Assembly (NCBI RefSeq): GCF_038025025.1 | Contig: NW_027117342.1 | Span: forward strand, 2,356,001 to 2,420,000 | Length of the DNA: 64,000 nt | Source: Phyllosticta citribraziliensis | Lineage: Eukaryota | Direction: 5' to 3' | Shown here: positions 38,496-49,900 of the stretch, in pieces | Layout of the letters: each line of letters starts with the position of its first letter | Numbering within the stretch: the stretch's first letter is position 1 | Position numbers and translations under genes: made by a program | The notes under the pieces: model-generated | The model's database searches: none | Told to the model about the DNA's origin: nothing | The model's input: the letters and a program-made list of their open reading frames with translations, nothing else

Positions 38496-41051
38496 TCAGT
38501 ACTCTTCCAGGAGCACCTTCTTCAATTGGCCAACCTCGGTTTCGTAAGCTTCAATCTTGGCCTGAGAAGTCGCGATCTTGCCCAGCAACCATTGGATCCT
38601 CGGCGAGATCTCGTACGGTTGCTTTGGCAGCTCGCCCAAGAGCCGCAGCTCCGTCTCGTACTTGTCAATACTCTTGTTCTCGATCTTGGTTTGTTCGGCC
38701 ATGATGGCCAAATCAAGTCTCGCTTTGAGCACGCGGTCGTCTGTGAGCTTCTTGAAAGCAGATTGGTACACAGGCTTGCCCGGCTTGATGCTTGTTGGAC
38801 GCCCATTGGCAGACGAAATGGTGATGAGTTCAGCCTGCTCGAGGGCTTGCAGCACCTGCTCGCCCTCGCTCTTGTACAGGTCGTTGAGCAACATGGCGTT
38901 GTATTTGAGCGTCTCTTGCTGCGCCAGCTGCTTGATGAGCAGCCAGGCCTGCTCTGGAGTCCAGCGGCGCGAGCTGCCGTCCAGTCCGGTGATGTAAAGC
39001 TTGATGATCTCAGAGGCAGATTGCTCGATGATCTGGCTGACGGCCTTCTTGGGTGTCTCGCCGCCCTTGATACGCCGGGCCAAAAATTCCAAGTCGGTGA
39101 GGCGGCCACCAAGGGCAGAAATGCACTCGTCCAGTTCGTTCAGATCCTTGCGACGTTGAGAACGTGTAAGATTCTTGTGCTCTCCGATGGACTCAACGTC
39201 GTCTTCATCTGCAGCGTCGAGGTGCTTGATGACGAAGCGTTTGGCAACGTCTGGGGAGCAATCGCTGAGTGATATCTGCCTGAAGACGCGATTAGGCAGA
39301 GCCTTGCCCAGAGACTTGCTGAAAGACGAGTCATGCGTCAAGAAGATGACGTGAGCTAGATTGGCGTTGGTGATCCTGGCGGCCCACTCTGAAATCTTGT
39401 CAAAGAGAAGACCGTCTTCTTGGCCCTTGTAGAGGAAGTTGTCAATCACAACAACCGGTCTACGCTCCGAATGAGCCTCGAGCCACTCGTCGTCGCTCAG
39501 ATTCGCATCCTTGTCATCTTTCTTTCGTCCCTCAAGAGCGATACCTCTTAGCGCGTACGAGGTTGTGTTCCAAATTTTGTCCAATTGGCCATCGAGGGTT
39601 TCGGAGAACCCAGTCTTGACGCCAGCGGCACCTTGGGCGGCGAGATCGATCATGCCGCTGAAGCTGTTCATCCACGAGAAGACAGGCCTGTAGCCAACTT
39701 GACCAGCGGCTGCGCTGATGGTGGCACTTTCGCTACGGGCCTCTTGAATGGGCTTGCAATCAATCGTCACCTTGTGGCGGCGGTGCTTGAGGGCTTCGTC
39801 AATGAGCTCCTTCTTTCCAGATCCACGAGGCCCCTGCACGATGATGAAGGTATCGTGGTCCTCCATGAGCCACGCTCGAATTTGGTCAATGTTCTCCTTG
39901 CGGTCATCCCAGATGGCATCCATCCCTGCATCATCCTCGGGGTTGTGGCGGAAAGACATCAAATCCGTGGCACGGTGCTTGAACCAAGCGTAGACTTTGT
40001 TGTCGCCCAGACTGAATGTCCTTGTGACGTGGGCCTTGACAAAAAACGTGCGAATGGGATCAAAAACGGACACCGTAATGGTACCGATGATGGCAATGAG
40101 GGCGGGAATGACGATGCGAGGATGGCCAAGGAGCCAGTCGCGAATCCAGTGCGACTTTCTTCGGGGTTCGTAAGTCAGGCGAATGACAGTTCCAGACTTG
40201 CCCCCTCCCTGGTTTTCCAACAGCTTGATGCCATGGAGACAGTTCTTGGCGAGTATGGCTCGCTGGACCAGCGCAAAATCCAAAAAGGCAAACTTGGGCT
40301 CCAACTTGCTGTCTGGCGGCTGGGGGATGATATCCTTGAGCTTGCCATAGGGCCTGAAGATGCTGTAGAGCTGCTCCGAAGACAGGGCAGACGCTTCAGT
40401 ACCCGACTCTGCAGGCAGGTACTCGACCTTGAGACGAGAGCTAGGAAGGCGGTAGAGATCCTCAACCCACGGCTGACCACGCACAAGTCGCGCGCGCATG
40501 CGCTGAAATGGGTTCCACCAAGGCTTGATGGGAGATGCCTTGAGATGCTTGATGATTTCGGATTCGATGACGTCGGGGTTGACAGAAGGATCGTGGTTGA
40601 TTTTGACAAAGGCTCCGCCTTCTTTAAGACGGGGAAGCACTGTCTCGACCTGGACCTGAGCTTTTTGCAATGCGGTGCATTTTTTGAGGACGGCCGTGGG
40701 ATCAGCAGCAGCAACGTAGGGGCCTTTGAGGTATTTCATCAGGGAGGGAAACCGCTTCTCGCTCTGGAGCGGGAGGCGCATGAGCCACTGGAGCTTGAGA
40801 GGGAAGACATCTGAAAGGGTTCAGTTAGTATTGCTTGGCTGCAAGAATGAAGCTGACGACGTACGATCGAAGAACAGAAGGGCCTGGTTGGATTTCTGCA
40901 GGCGTATATGGCCAGACTTGTCCTCGCCTGCTTCCAGGGTCGACTTGATCTGTTTCTTGGTGGTGGAAGAGATGCATCTCGTGCCCGCCAGCTCAAGGCC
41001 GACGGCGAGGCGACTGGTCCGCAGACCCAGCCTGCCAACGCTGATGTTCAT
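38496..41051 (-). CDS. YME2: Mitochondrial escape protein 2 (RNA12 family, inner membrane)
   Basis: Presequence-like N-terminus, intron 40864-40811, PRLKEGGAFVK, GQPWVEDL, RRM-like segment, TM HPRIVIPALIAII, VQGPRGSGKKEL, GGRLTDLEFL. Confidence 0.93.
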
Positions 41052-41337
41052 GAGGGGCGTAGAAGTTTTTTCACGACATGGTGACGGCGACGTGGCAGGT
41101 CAGAGCCGGTTTTCATGCGCAGGGCAGCGGAGCAGTCGCGGTGGAGGCGGGATCGACATCGAGACCACCCACATGAGAGGCCATAGCAAGCTACGGTACG
41201 GTACATGCACGCACTGCGCTTATGGTCCCACTCGCCCGCCCCAGCTGGCCTGTTCCCCAGACACCCGCCATCCCACAACTAAACTCCCGTCGCTGTCCCG
41301 GGCTTTGTCTTGAACACACATCTACTGCCCTCCAACC

Positions 41338-42004
41338 ATGTCTTCAAGGTTAGGGATTTCCAGGTGCGGCTTCGCCGTCCATCGCTGCCGGGCCCGAAGC
41401 TAACTAATCCTCCTCCACAGATTCAACTCCAACCTCTACCAGCGCGACGCCCGCTCCGCGCTCTTCTCCCCCTATGAGCAGCGGAAAGCATCGCCCTCCC
41501 CACATTCGCGACCCTCGAGCAGGCCGTCTTCCGGCGCAGGCTACGGCATCCCCGGCGCCAACGGTCCCGCCTTTTCCGCGTACCCGGGCTCCTCTGGCTC
41601 CTCGAGCCAAAACGGCGGCTTCCGCAGCGCGACGCCCAACTCCAAGGGCCAATACAGCGATGCCGTCTTGAGCGAGCTGGAGAGCCAGAATGAGGAAAAC
41701 TTGGAGGGCATGAGCGCCAAGGTCAAGATGCTCAAGAGCGTGAGTCTGATCTAGAGTACACTGGCGCGCGCGACCATTGTTGACTTGGGCGTCGCAGATT
41801 ACAACGGCCATCGGAGACGAGATCCGCGACTCGACGGCATTGGCCGAGAAGATGAACAATTCTTTCGACAATACGCGTGTGCGTTTGCGCGGCACAGTGA
41901 ATCGCATGTTGCGCATGGCCGAGAGGACCGGCGTTGGCTGGAAGGTGTGGCTGGCCTTTTTCGCCGCCGTCATTCTGCTCTTTTGGTACGTGTGGCTATT
42001 CTGA
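41338..42004 (+). CDS. BET1: ER-Golgi Qc-SNARE Bet1
   Basis: 3 exons (introns 41349-41420 and 41740-41798). LSELESQNEENLEGMSAKVKMLK/ITTAIGDEIRDS...RLRGTVNRML SNARE motif plus C-terminal TM. Confidence 0.9.
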
Positions 42005-42300
42005 TGGCCGGACCGCCCATCCCTTTACAACACCATATATTTCACGGGTACGCGCAACAAGAGATATGGGAGCTATGGTTCGCCAAGGCAAAAGAATACA
42101 ACGCGCAAAAGCACGGCGTTTGGGGTATATTTTGAAGACATAACCTGTAGAGTTTGGAGGCATGCCGGCATCATGCAACTCCTGTATGTAATGTTTTTCG
42201 CTCCTTGGAGCACAGTAATTATTTTTCACGGATCCTATACGCCGATTTCATGGATGTCGTAGAACCACGAGGCCCTTTTCAAAGCGAAGAATCCAAACTG

Positions 42301-43575
42301 TTATCCACGACGCCAATCGGGGCGAGGGGGAGGTTGCATCCACGACGGATTCCCCCTTCCGCGTCCTGCATTTGGACTGCTACTGAGCAAGGACGTACCA
42401 TCTCCAAGCAGCGAACTCGGGCCGTCACTGAGAAAGCTGCCGCGAGGAGTACCGCGGTTAAGGTTGAAACTGGGAATGCTGTTCTGCTGGGAGGAGCGGG
42501 AACGTCTAAACGGATCCGAGCCGTTGGAGTTTGCGTTTCCTGACGTTTGCGACTGTCTTGTTCGTTGGCCGAGCCTGTTGCTACTTCGGAGCTCACTCGA
42601 ATCGATGTGGATACTGTGCGCCGACTCGTTGATTGTCGACTCCTCTTCGAGCTCGGTATCAGTGTGCTCGTAGCTCCCGGCCTCCATAATCTCGTCGTCG
42701 AGGTCTCGTTCGTCTTGCAGGTCGCCCGCCATTTCCGCCTCTTCGCGTTCCACCCATTGCTGCGCATCTTCGAGGTCTTGGCCCTGGTCTTCTGCCAGGA
42801 GACTGGCGTCCCCGTACATGCTCTCCTCGTTGAAAGTGACGTCATGGGCTTCTGTCATCTCAGTGACTTCTGGTGCGTCTTCACTCTCTTCCTCGCCGCT
42901 GTTGTCCTCTTCGTCGTCGTCGTCCTCGCCGTCATCATCCTCTTCTTCTTCTTCATCGTCGTCGTCTTCACCATCATCCTCGTCGTCGTCGTCCTCATCA
43001 TCGCTGTCATCCAAGCCACCCTCTGGTATGTCTGCGTCCAAGTCAGGGACCTCGGCGTCGAGGTCTTGGTCGCCACCGTGGGGTTCGGCTGCGGCTTCCT
43101 CCTCGGCAGCTCCGCGCTCAATCATTTCCCGTCTCCTCATTTCCTCTTCTCTCTGCTCCTGGGCGTTTGCGAGATCCATCATGGCAGCCTCGCGCTGGGC
43201 GAGTATCTCCTGCTCCTCGCGCTCCAAGGCTTCATCCTCGGCGGCCTGGAAAGTTTTTGCGATGCCGGGAGGGCGCAGCCAGCCGGCGCCAAAGCGGCGC
43301 ACGTTGAGCTTGCGCTGCTCGATTATGTTCTCATCGTTGACCAGGGCGGCGAGAGCGGCAGAGCGAGTGGGCTGGCTGCGGCGATTGCGGTGGGGATGGC
43401 CATTGGGACGTTCTTGAAGCTGCTGCAGAAGGTTGTTCTGAGGCGGTGGAGAGTGGGAGGGCAAATGGGGCGAGGAGTGCCACGCGGAGAGGTCCTGGAG
43501 CAGGTCAGAGATGGCGATTCCAAATTGGTGTGTTAGACATACCTCGCGCGGAATTATCGGGGGCAGGGAGAGCAT
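42301..43575 (-). CDS. Apc15/Mnd2-domain protein (APC/C subunit-like) with long acidic tract
   Basis: Start MLSLPPIIPR, 48-nt intron 43542-43495, motif IEQRKLNVRRFGAGWLRPPGIAKT typical of fungal Apc15p, D/E-rich middle region. Confidence 0.8.
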   Translation of the reverse strand: MLSLPPIIPREVCLTHQFGIAISDLLQDLSAWHSSPHLPSHSPPPQNNLLQQLQERPNGHPHRNRRSQPTRSAALAALVNDENIIEQRKLNVRRFGAGWLRPPGIAKTFQAAEDEALEREEQEILAQREAAMMDLANAQEQREEEMRRREMIERGAAEEEAAAEPHGGDQDLDAEVPDLDADIPEGGLDDSDDEDDDDEDDGEDDDDEEEEEDDDGEDDDDEEDNSGEEESEDAPEVTEMTEAHDVTFNEESMYGDASLLAEDQGQDLEDAQQWVEREEAEMAGDLQDERDLDDEIMEAGSYEHTDTELEEESTINESAHSIHIDSSELRSSNRLGQRTRQSQTSGNANSNGSDPFRRSRSSQQNSIPSFNLNRGTPRGSFLSDGPSSLLGDGTSLLSSSPNAGRGRGNPSWMQPPPRPDWRRG

Positions 43576-44135
43576 GGTGATGTGTGTGTCAGGTAATGTG
43601 CAGTTGGATGTTTGTGCAGTGACTTTTCGGAGGGGCAACCAGATGGCGCACGGGCTGGGCAGCAGATCGTCGCAGGGGTCCGGGCAAAACTGACTCGGTA
43701 AGCGAAAGAGGCCGAGTCGAGCCAGGGGGCGGGGTGCAGCTCTCTCATCCCTCGCTGACTGAAGATTCCACAACATTGACCTCCGTCACACGCTCACAAC
43801 AATGGCCACGGCACCGCAGCTCCCTCTCCGCTGCTCCAATTGCTTCGCGCGTGCCTGTCGTACCACGCTTGCTGACCGGCGCACGCCTTAGTTATTGCCG
43901 TCCGAAATCCCCCTGAATTCCCCAAGCGCGGATCACTGCTCATCGCCATCAAACGCCGTCACCGTATCCCCAACCGTCCCCACACTTTGCTTCTTCAAAT
44001 GCTCGCCTTCTCGCCCTGCTTCTTGACCATCACATAAACACTCCAAGCCTTTCTTTTATTTGCCACCACCCCAAACCCAGCTACCTCGCCAGAGCTCCAC
44101 CAAATACACCCGGCTCCTCATCAACAAGGAAAAAA

Positions 44136-44315
44136 ATGCCTTCTCCCAGCCGCCGCGCCACCAAGCCGAGAAAGTCTCTGCAGGCCCAAATCACGGTGCC
44201 TCTGGTTCTGCTCACCGTCTTCCTGGTCCTGCTCTTCTCACCGCTTCTACTCGCCATGCACCCGCAGCCAGTGCAGCCCAAGCCGGCGCCCGTGGCCGAG
44301 CAAGTCGTCGCATAA
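44136..44315 (+). CDS. Candidate 59-aa single-pass membrane microprotein
   Basis: AAAATG context. MPSPSRRATKPRKSLQAQITVPLVLLTVFLVLLFSPLLLAMHPQPVQPKPAPVAEQVVA*. Absent from the supplied ORF track, whose shortest entries are 60 aa. Confidence 0.5.
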   Translation: MPSPSRRATKPRKSLQAQITVPLVLLTVFLVLLFSPLLLAMHPQPVQPKPAPVAEQVVA

Positions 44316-44884
44316 GCCAACACCAACCAACCTCAGTCTGGCGCGAGATGGCAGAGCAAATCTCCCGTCGCAGGGCTCGTGGTGACTGCTTCAACGCGAC
44401 TATGGAAGCGCGCAATACGAAAAGAGACGACAAGACATCAATTCCACCACAAAGATACACACGAAGAACATAATTACCATTAGCATCAAGCGAAAGAAAA
44501 GCAAAAAGCAAACCCTATCCTCGCGCCACTCGAGCATGCTCTCACAACTGCTCGCCTTTTACAAAAACTTCAGAACGTAGCTCTGAGCGCAGGAGCTGTT
44601 ATCTGATCACCTGCTGCTCCCTTGGTCCATCTCTCGTCCACTCAGGTCAACTGCTCAACGGCACGACCTGAGATCCATCAACACCTGAAAGCATAAGAGC
44701 AACACAAAAAAGGCCATCAGACAGAACGACTGGACAGAAAATCCGTGGTGTCAACGCCAACCAAACAATCCATCCGCCTCCTCCACCTCGCACACAAGGG
44801 ATGCAGAAAAAACGACACTTGACACCTGGCCTGGCGCCTGTCTCATCTTCTCCAGCAATCAGCTGACGCGCAGAGGGAGCTATC

Positions 44885-44921
44885 TAGCCAGCTAGCCAGC
44901 TAGCCAGCTAGCCAGCTAGCC
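44885..44921. repeat. (CTAGCCAG)n tandem repeat, ~4.5 copies
   Basis: Directly visible. Confidence 0.9.
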
Positions 44922-46955
44922 CCCACCCCTTCTCTCCGCCGCGGCGGAAAAAAGGCCAGTCAGATGATCGAGCGGGTCAATCAAGGGAGGCCAAGGGAGG
45001 AACGAAGGGGCCGACTTGCTGAGACAGCAAAATAGCCATCCTCATTGAAAAAAAAATTCAAAACGTTTGCAATGCCCACTTGGCTTAAGACGTCTCGCCT
45101 TGCCTCATTATATGCTATTCTGTCGGTGCTCTAGCTCAAGCTCAAGCATCACGAACATCAGCCCCCACGCGCCCTCAACTCCCTCATTATGCCATCGAAG
45201 TCCAATCTCGTCGTGCCCAAGCCCAAGAAATGACGCGTGACGGCAGACGCGCCGCGCCTACTTACCGTCTAATGGGTGGTCCCCAGGTAGGGCAATTTCC
45301 GAATCACGAGAGCCACTCATTCCGCCAATTCTACGTACGTACAGAACACGCCATGATCTAGTCAGCGTACAGAACGGACCAATGATGTGGATGCTTGAAA
45401 GCACGCGCGAGTGGTAGGTAGGCGTTGAGGACGATGGCCGACTACGGTATTTGTATAGGCAAGAGGAAGATGGGCGTTGCTGGCTGCTGGTACTGTACTT
45501 CGTTTCAAGGCAGGGCGACGTGCGATGATTGAATCCTAGCGCAGAGCAATGAATGTATTGCGCCGCGGTGGTGCTTGGGATACTGTGCTGTTGCTTTGTT
45601 CTGTTGTAGATACATGCCGATGCAGTCGGTGGACGAACAGAGTAGCTAGACTCATACTAAATCTTGACTTCCAGTCCATACACACATGCTTATACACCTA
45701 ACACACAGCTCAGACTCCTCACATCCTCAATGAAGAAATTGCCATCGCGTCGCCATGCCATATCCGCCTACCCGCCAATCCTACCCATCCGCCGTGCTAT
45801 AGATGCACACAGAAGAGGACGCCAACAACCACATATCGCCACATCATGCATACTCCCACATCACCTACATGTGTACCGCACACCCGTGCCTGTTTTCGTC
45901 AGCGCACGCAACACATATATATACACACATCGGAAAACCTAGCGCAAGCCACCATCACAGCAAGTGCACAAAGGACGAGACTCCCTAGGTCTAATGCAGC
46001 AGCAGATGATTGCTCACTAAGCGTAGCTCTTGTAGTAAATAAATACTCCCTAGACGCAATCTCATGTTGCCACGAGGTCTGTCGCATTTCTTTCGACACC
46101 TAACGTGCCATCATGGTGCGATGAATCCCCAGATCGCCTGCCTCTCGCCTCTCGTCTCTCGCCCGCGACCCACACCACGCGGACGTACCCACACCACGCA
46201 GCGCAACTCCGACAACGGCGGCCGGTGGCCAATCAAGCCGAGCGACCTCGCAACATGCGTGCCTAATCAACCCAACCACCTCAGTAACCTCCGACAACAT
46301 GGAAAAACTTTTCACACGCTTTGCTGCGGTGTCTGCTGCTGTTGAGACACGTAGAGCACGCAATCGGAGAAGGAGAAGATGAGACGAGGAAGAGGAAGAT
46401 GAAGAAGAGGAAAGAAAAGGTGGGTGGAATGTAGCCTTGTATTTTTCTCGATAAACCCGGTTCCGTCTCGATATCGCCCAAGCCAAGCAGTATGAACCGA
46501 ACGCACGCACGCACGCACGCACGCAAGCAAGCCAGCCGGCAAGAAACAGCAAGAAAGCAAGCCAAGAAAGAGTTTTTAGTCTTTTAACCCATGAGCAGCG
46601 TCCCGTTGAAAACGAAGAAGAAAAGGGCAGGAGCAAGACCATGAGCAAGAGCAAGGGCAAGGTAGTAGCAGCAAAGAGCAATGATAAAGAGAGCAGCAGC
46701 AAAGAGGGCAGAAACGACTCGCAAGCAAAAGCAGAAACCTACCATTTACTACCGTCGCTGTACAACTATCAAGATTGGTCGGAGAAGAAGAGTGGGAAAA
46801 AAGAAGAGAAAAGAGTAGAGGTTCCGCAGGGTATCGTAAGCGTAGAGATTCGTCCAAGTCCAAGGGAGGAGACACAGGCATGCGCGCGCGCGCGCACGCC
46901 GCAAGAAAAAGGTTCATCGAGTTTCCGAGCGGTCGGTTGGCCGAATGGTCCCCTC

Positions 46956-49900
46956 TCAGGCCGAAGCAGTGATGAGCTCACGAGGGGCAGTCTCGCCCTT
47001 GCCCAGCAGCTCGTACGGAGGCCGCTTGACGATGCCGCCGGTGACGGGGAGCTGCGTGCCCACACCCGTCAAGAAGGTGTCGACGTCGCGAGCGCACATG
47101 CGACCCTCGTTGATGCCCCAGACAATGAGCGACTGGCCGCGACGGCAGTCACCCGCCGCGAAGACGCCGGGGACGTTGGTGTTGTAGTGGCCTGGAGAGG
47201 TCTTGACGTTCTTGCGAGCATCCTTTTCAATCTCCTCTCCAAGCAAGCGAGCCTCGGGGCCCAGGAAACCCATGGAGAGCAGGACAAGGTCGGCCGGGAA
47301 GAATTGTTCGCTGCCCTCGACCTGTTTCATGTCCCAACCACCAGTGGCACTCTTGGTCCACTCGACGCGAACCGTGTTGATGCCCTTGACTTTGCCATTG
47401 CCGTCTTCGACAAATTCCTTGGACATGACGCAGTATTCGCGCGGGTCTCTGCCCATGTGGGTCTTGACTTCAGAGTGACCGTAGTCGACGCGGTAGATGC
47501 GAGGCCACTGGGGCCAAGGGTTGTCGTTTGCACGCTCCGGCGGAGGCTGAGGCAACAGCTCAAAGTTGGTGACAGACTTGGCACCGTGGCGGACAGAGGT
47601 GCCGATGCAGTCGTTGCCCGTGTCACCGCCACCAATGACGACGACGTGCTTGTCCTTGGCAGAAATGTAGGACCCGTCAGCGAGGTTGGAGTCCAGGAGA
47701 GACTTGGTGTTCTTGTGGAGGAACTCCATGGCGTAGTGGACGCCCTCGAGGTTGCGCCCTGGGATGGGGAGGTCGCGAGCAACAGTGGCGCCAGTGGCAA
47801 TGACGACGGCGTCGTTGCTAGCCCTGAGGGACTCGAGCGTGACATCGCCCTCGCCGACCGCAACACCCGTGACAAAGTTGATTCCTTCAGCGGCCATGAA
47901 GTCAACACGGCGCTGGACCACCTTTTTGTCAAGCTTCATGTTGGGAATACCATACATAAGCAGACCGCCAACACGGTCAGCCCGCTCGTAGACGGTGACG
48001 CTGTGGCCGGCCCTGTTGAGCTGGTCGGCAGCCGCAAGACCGGCAGGACCAGATCCGATGATGGCGACCTGCTTGCCGCTGCGGACACTGGGCGGGTTCG
48101 GAATCATCCAGCCCATCTCAAAGCCACGGTCAATGATGGCGCACTCGATAGACTTGATACCGACAGGATCCTCGTTGATGCCCAGGACGCAGGCGCCCTC
48201 ACATGGAGCTGGGCAAACACGACCAGTGAACTCGGGGAAGTTGTTGGTCATTAGCAGACGCTTAAGCGCATCTTGCCATTGATTAGCAAACACCAATTCA
48301 TTCCATTTGGGGATGATGTTGCTGATCGGGCAGCCAGTGTCCGATTGACAGAAGGGAACGCCGCAGTCCATGCAGCGCGCGGTCTGGTACTTGAGCTCGT
48401 CATCACTAAGACGGTTCGACAGCTCCTGCCAATCGCGAGTGCGAGTCTTGGGGTTGCGGTACTTTTCGGCGTGGCGCTTGTACTTCATGAAGCCCCGCGT
48501 CTTGTCAAGGACAAGAGCGGAACGCTTCTTCTCAGCCTTGGCATCCCCGACGCTCTCTTCAATGTCGAGAAGGTCGCTCTTCTTCTTGTGCGTCTCCTCC
48601 TGCTTCTTCTTCCTGCTGTCTTCGTGCGCAGCGCGGACAGGGTTGCCGGGAAGGATGGGAAGAGGGTATTGCTGCTTCTTGGTCTCAGCAGCCTTGGCAG
48701 CCTCCTCCTCGAGGACGCGCTTGTAGTCCGTTGGCAGGACCTTGACGAAGCGGGGAAGAGCGCGAGTAAAGTCGAGCAGGATGCGCGCGGCAAGCTCCGA
48801 GCCAGTGTAGTGGTGGTGGTCCTCGATGAGACCACGAAGGAAGGCGATTTCGGTGGGGTCTTCAATACCAGAAATCTCAACCATCTCCTGGTTGACCTTG
48901 CTCTCAAAGTCGTGGTACATGTCCAGAACGTAGGCGATACCACCAGACATACCGGCCGCAAAGTTTCGTCCCGTCGGACCAAGGATGAGAACACGACCTC
49001 CTGTCATGTACTCGCAACAGTGGTCACCAACACCCTCGACAACTGCGGTGACGCCCGAGTTGCGGACCGCGAAACGCTCAGCAGCGACACCTCGGAAGAA
49101 GCAGGTTCCCCGGGTCGCTCCGTACAGACAGACGTTGCCAATCAGGACGTTCTCCTCGGCCTTGAATACGGCGGACCGCGGAGGATAGATGATGAGACGG
49201 CCACCGGACAAGCCCTTTCCGACGTAGTCGTTCGCGTCACCCTCAAGCTCAAGCGTTGCACCCGGAGCCAGGTACGCGCCGAAAGACTGACCAGCAGAAC
49301 CCTTGATAGTCGCGTGGATGGTGTCCTGCGGAAGGCCGGCCTCACCATACCTCTTGCTGATTTGATAGGACAAGGAGGCTCCAAGTGCGCGGTCAGTGTT
49401 GACAATGTCGCACTCGATGCGAGTGGGCAGCCCCTTCTCAAGCGCAAGTTCAGACTCGGCAATGAGCTTGTTGTCTAGGCGAACGTGGAGCCTGTGGTCT
49501 TGCTTGCGAACATTATACGTAGCAACACCCGGTCGAAGGGTGTGAGCCGGCGTGAGAATCAGAGAAAGGTCAATGTTTTCAGTCTTGGGAGTGCGCAGGT
49601 CGTCGCGCAACCGAAGAACCTCGCAACGGCCAACCATCTCGTTGATGGTGCGGAAACCAAGCTTGGCCATGATGGCACGGAGCTCGTTGGCGACGTAGTA
49701 GAAGAAGTTGATGACGTGCTCTGGCGTGCCTTGGAACTTCTTCCTGAGCTCTGGGTCCTGGGTTGCGATACCTACGGGGCAAGTGTTCAAGTCTACCAAT
49801 CGTCAGCTCCTTTCGAGTCAACTCAGTCTGTCCGCCGGAAATACTTACGGCACTTTCTCATCATGATGCAACCCATGGCGATCAGGGGCGTGGTTGCGAA

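Noticed and set aside
38370..40814. Plus-strand 300- and 409-aa ORFs
   Set aside because: Antisense shadows of YME2.
43576..43776. N-terminal extension of the 491-aa Apc15-like ORF
   Set aside because: It begins at a non-ATG codon. ATG 43575 followed by a canonical intron is more plausible.
44555..44563. U5 snRNA loop-1-like GCCTTTTAC
   Set aside because: The flanks do not form the U5 stem, and no properly placed Sm site follows on that strand.
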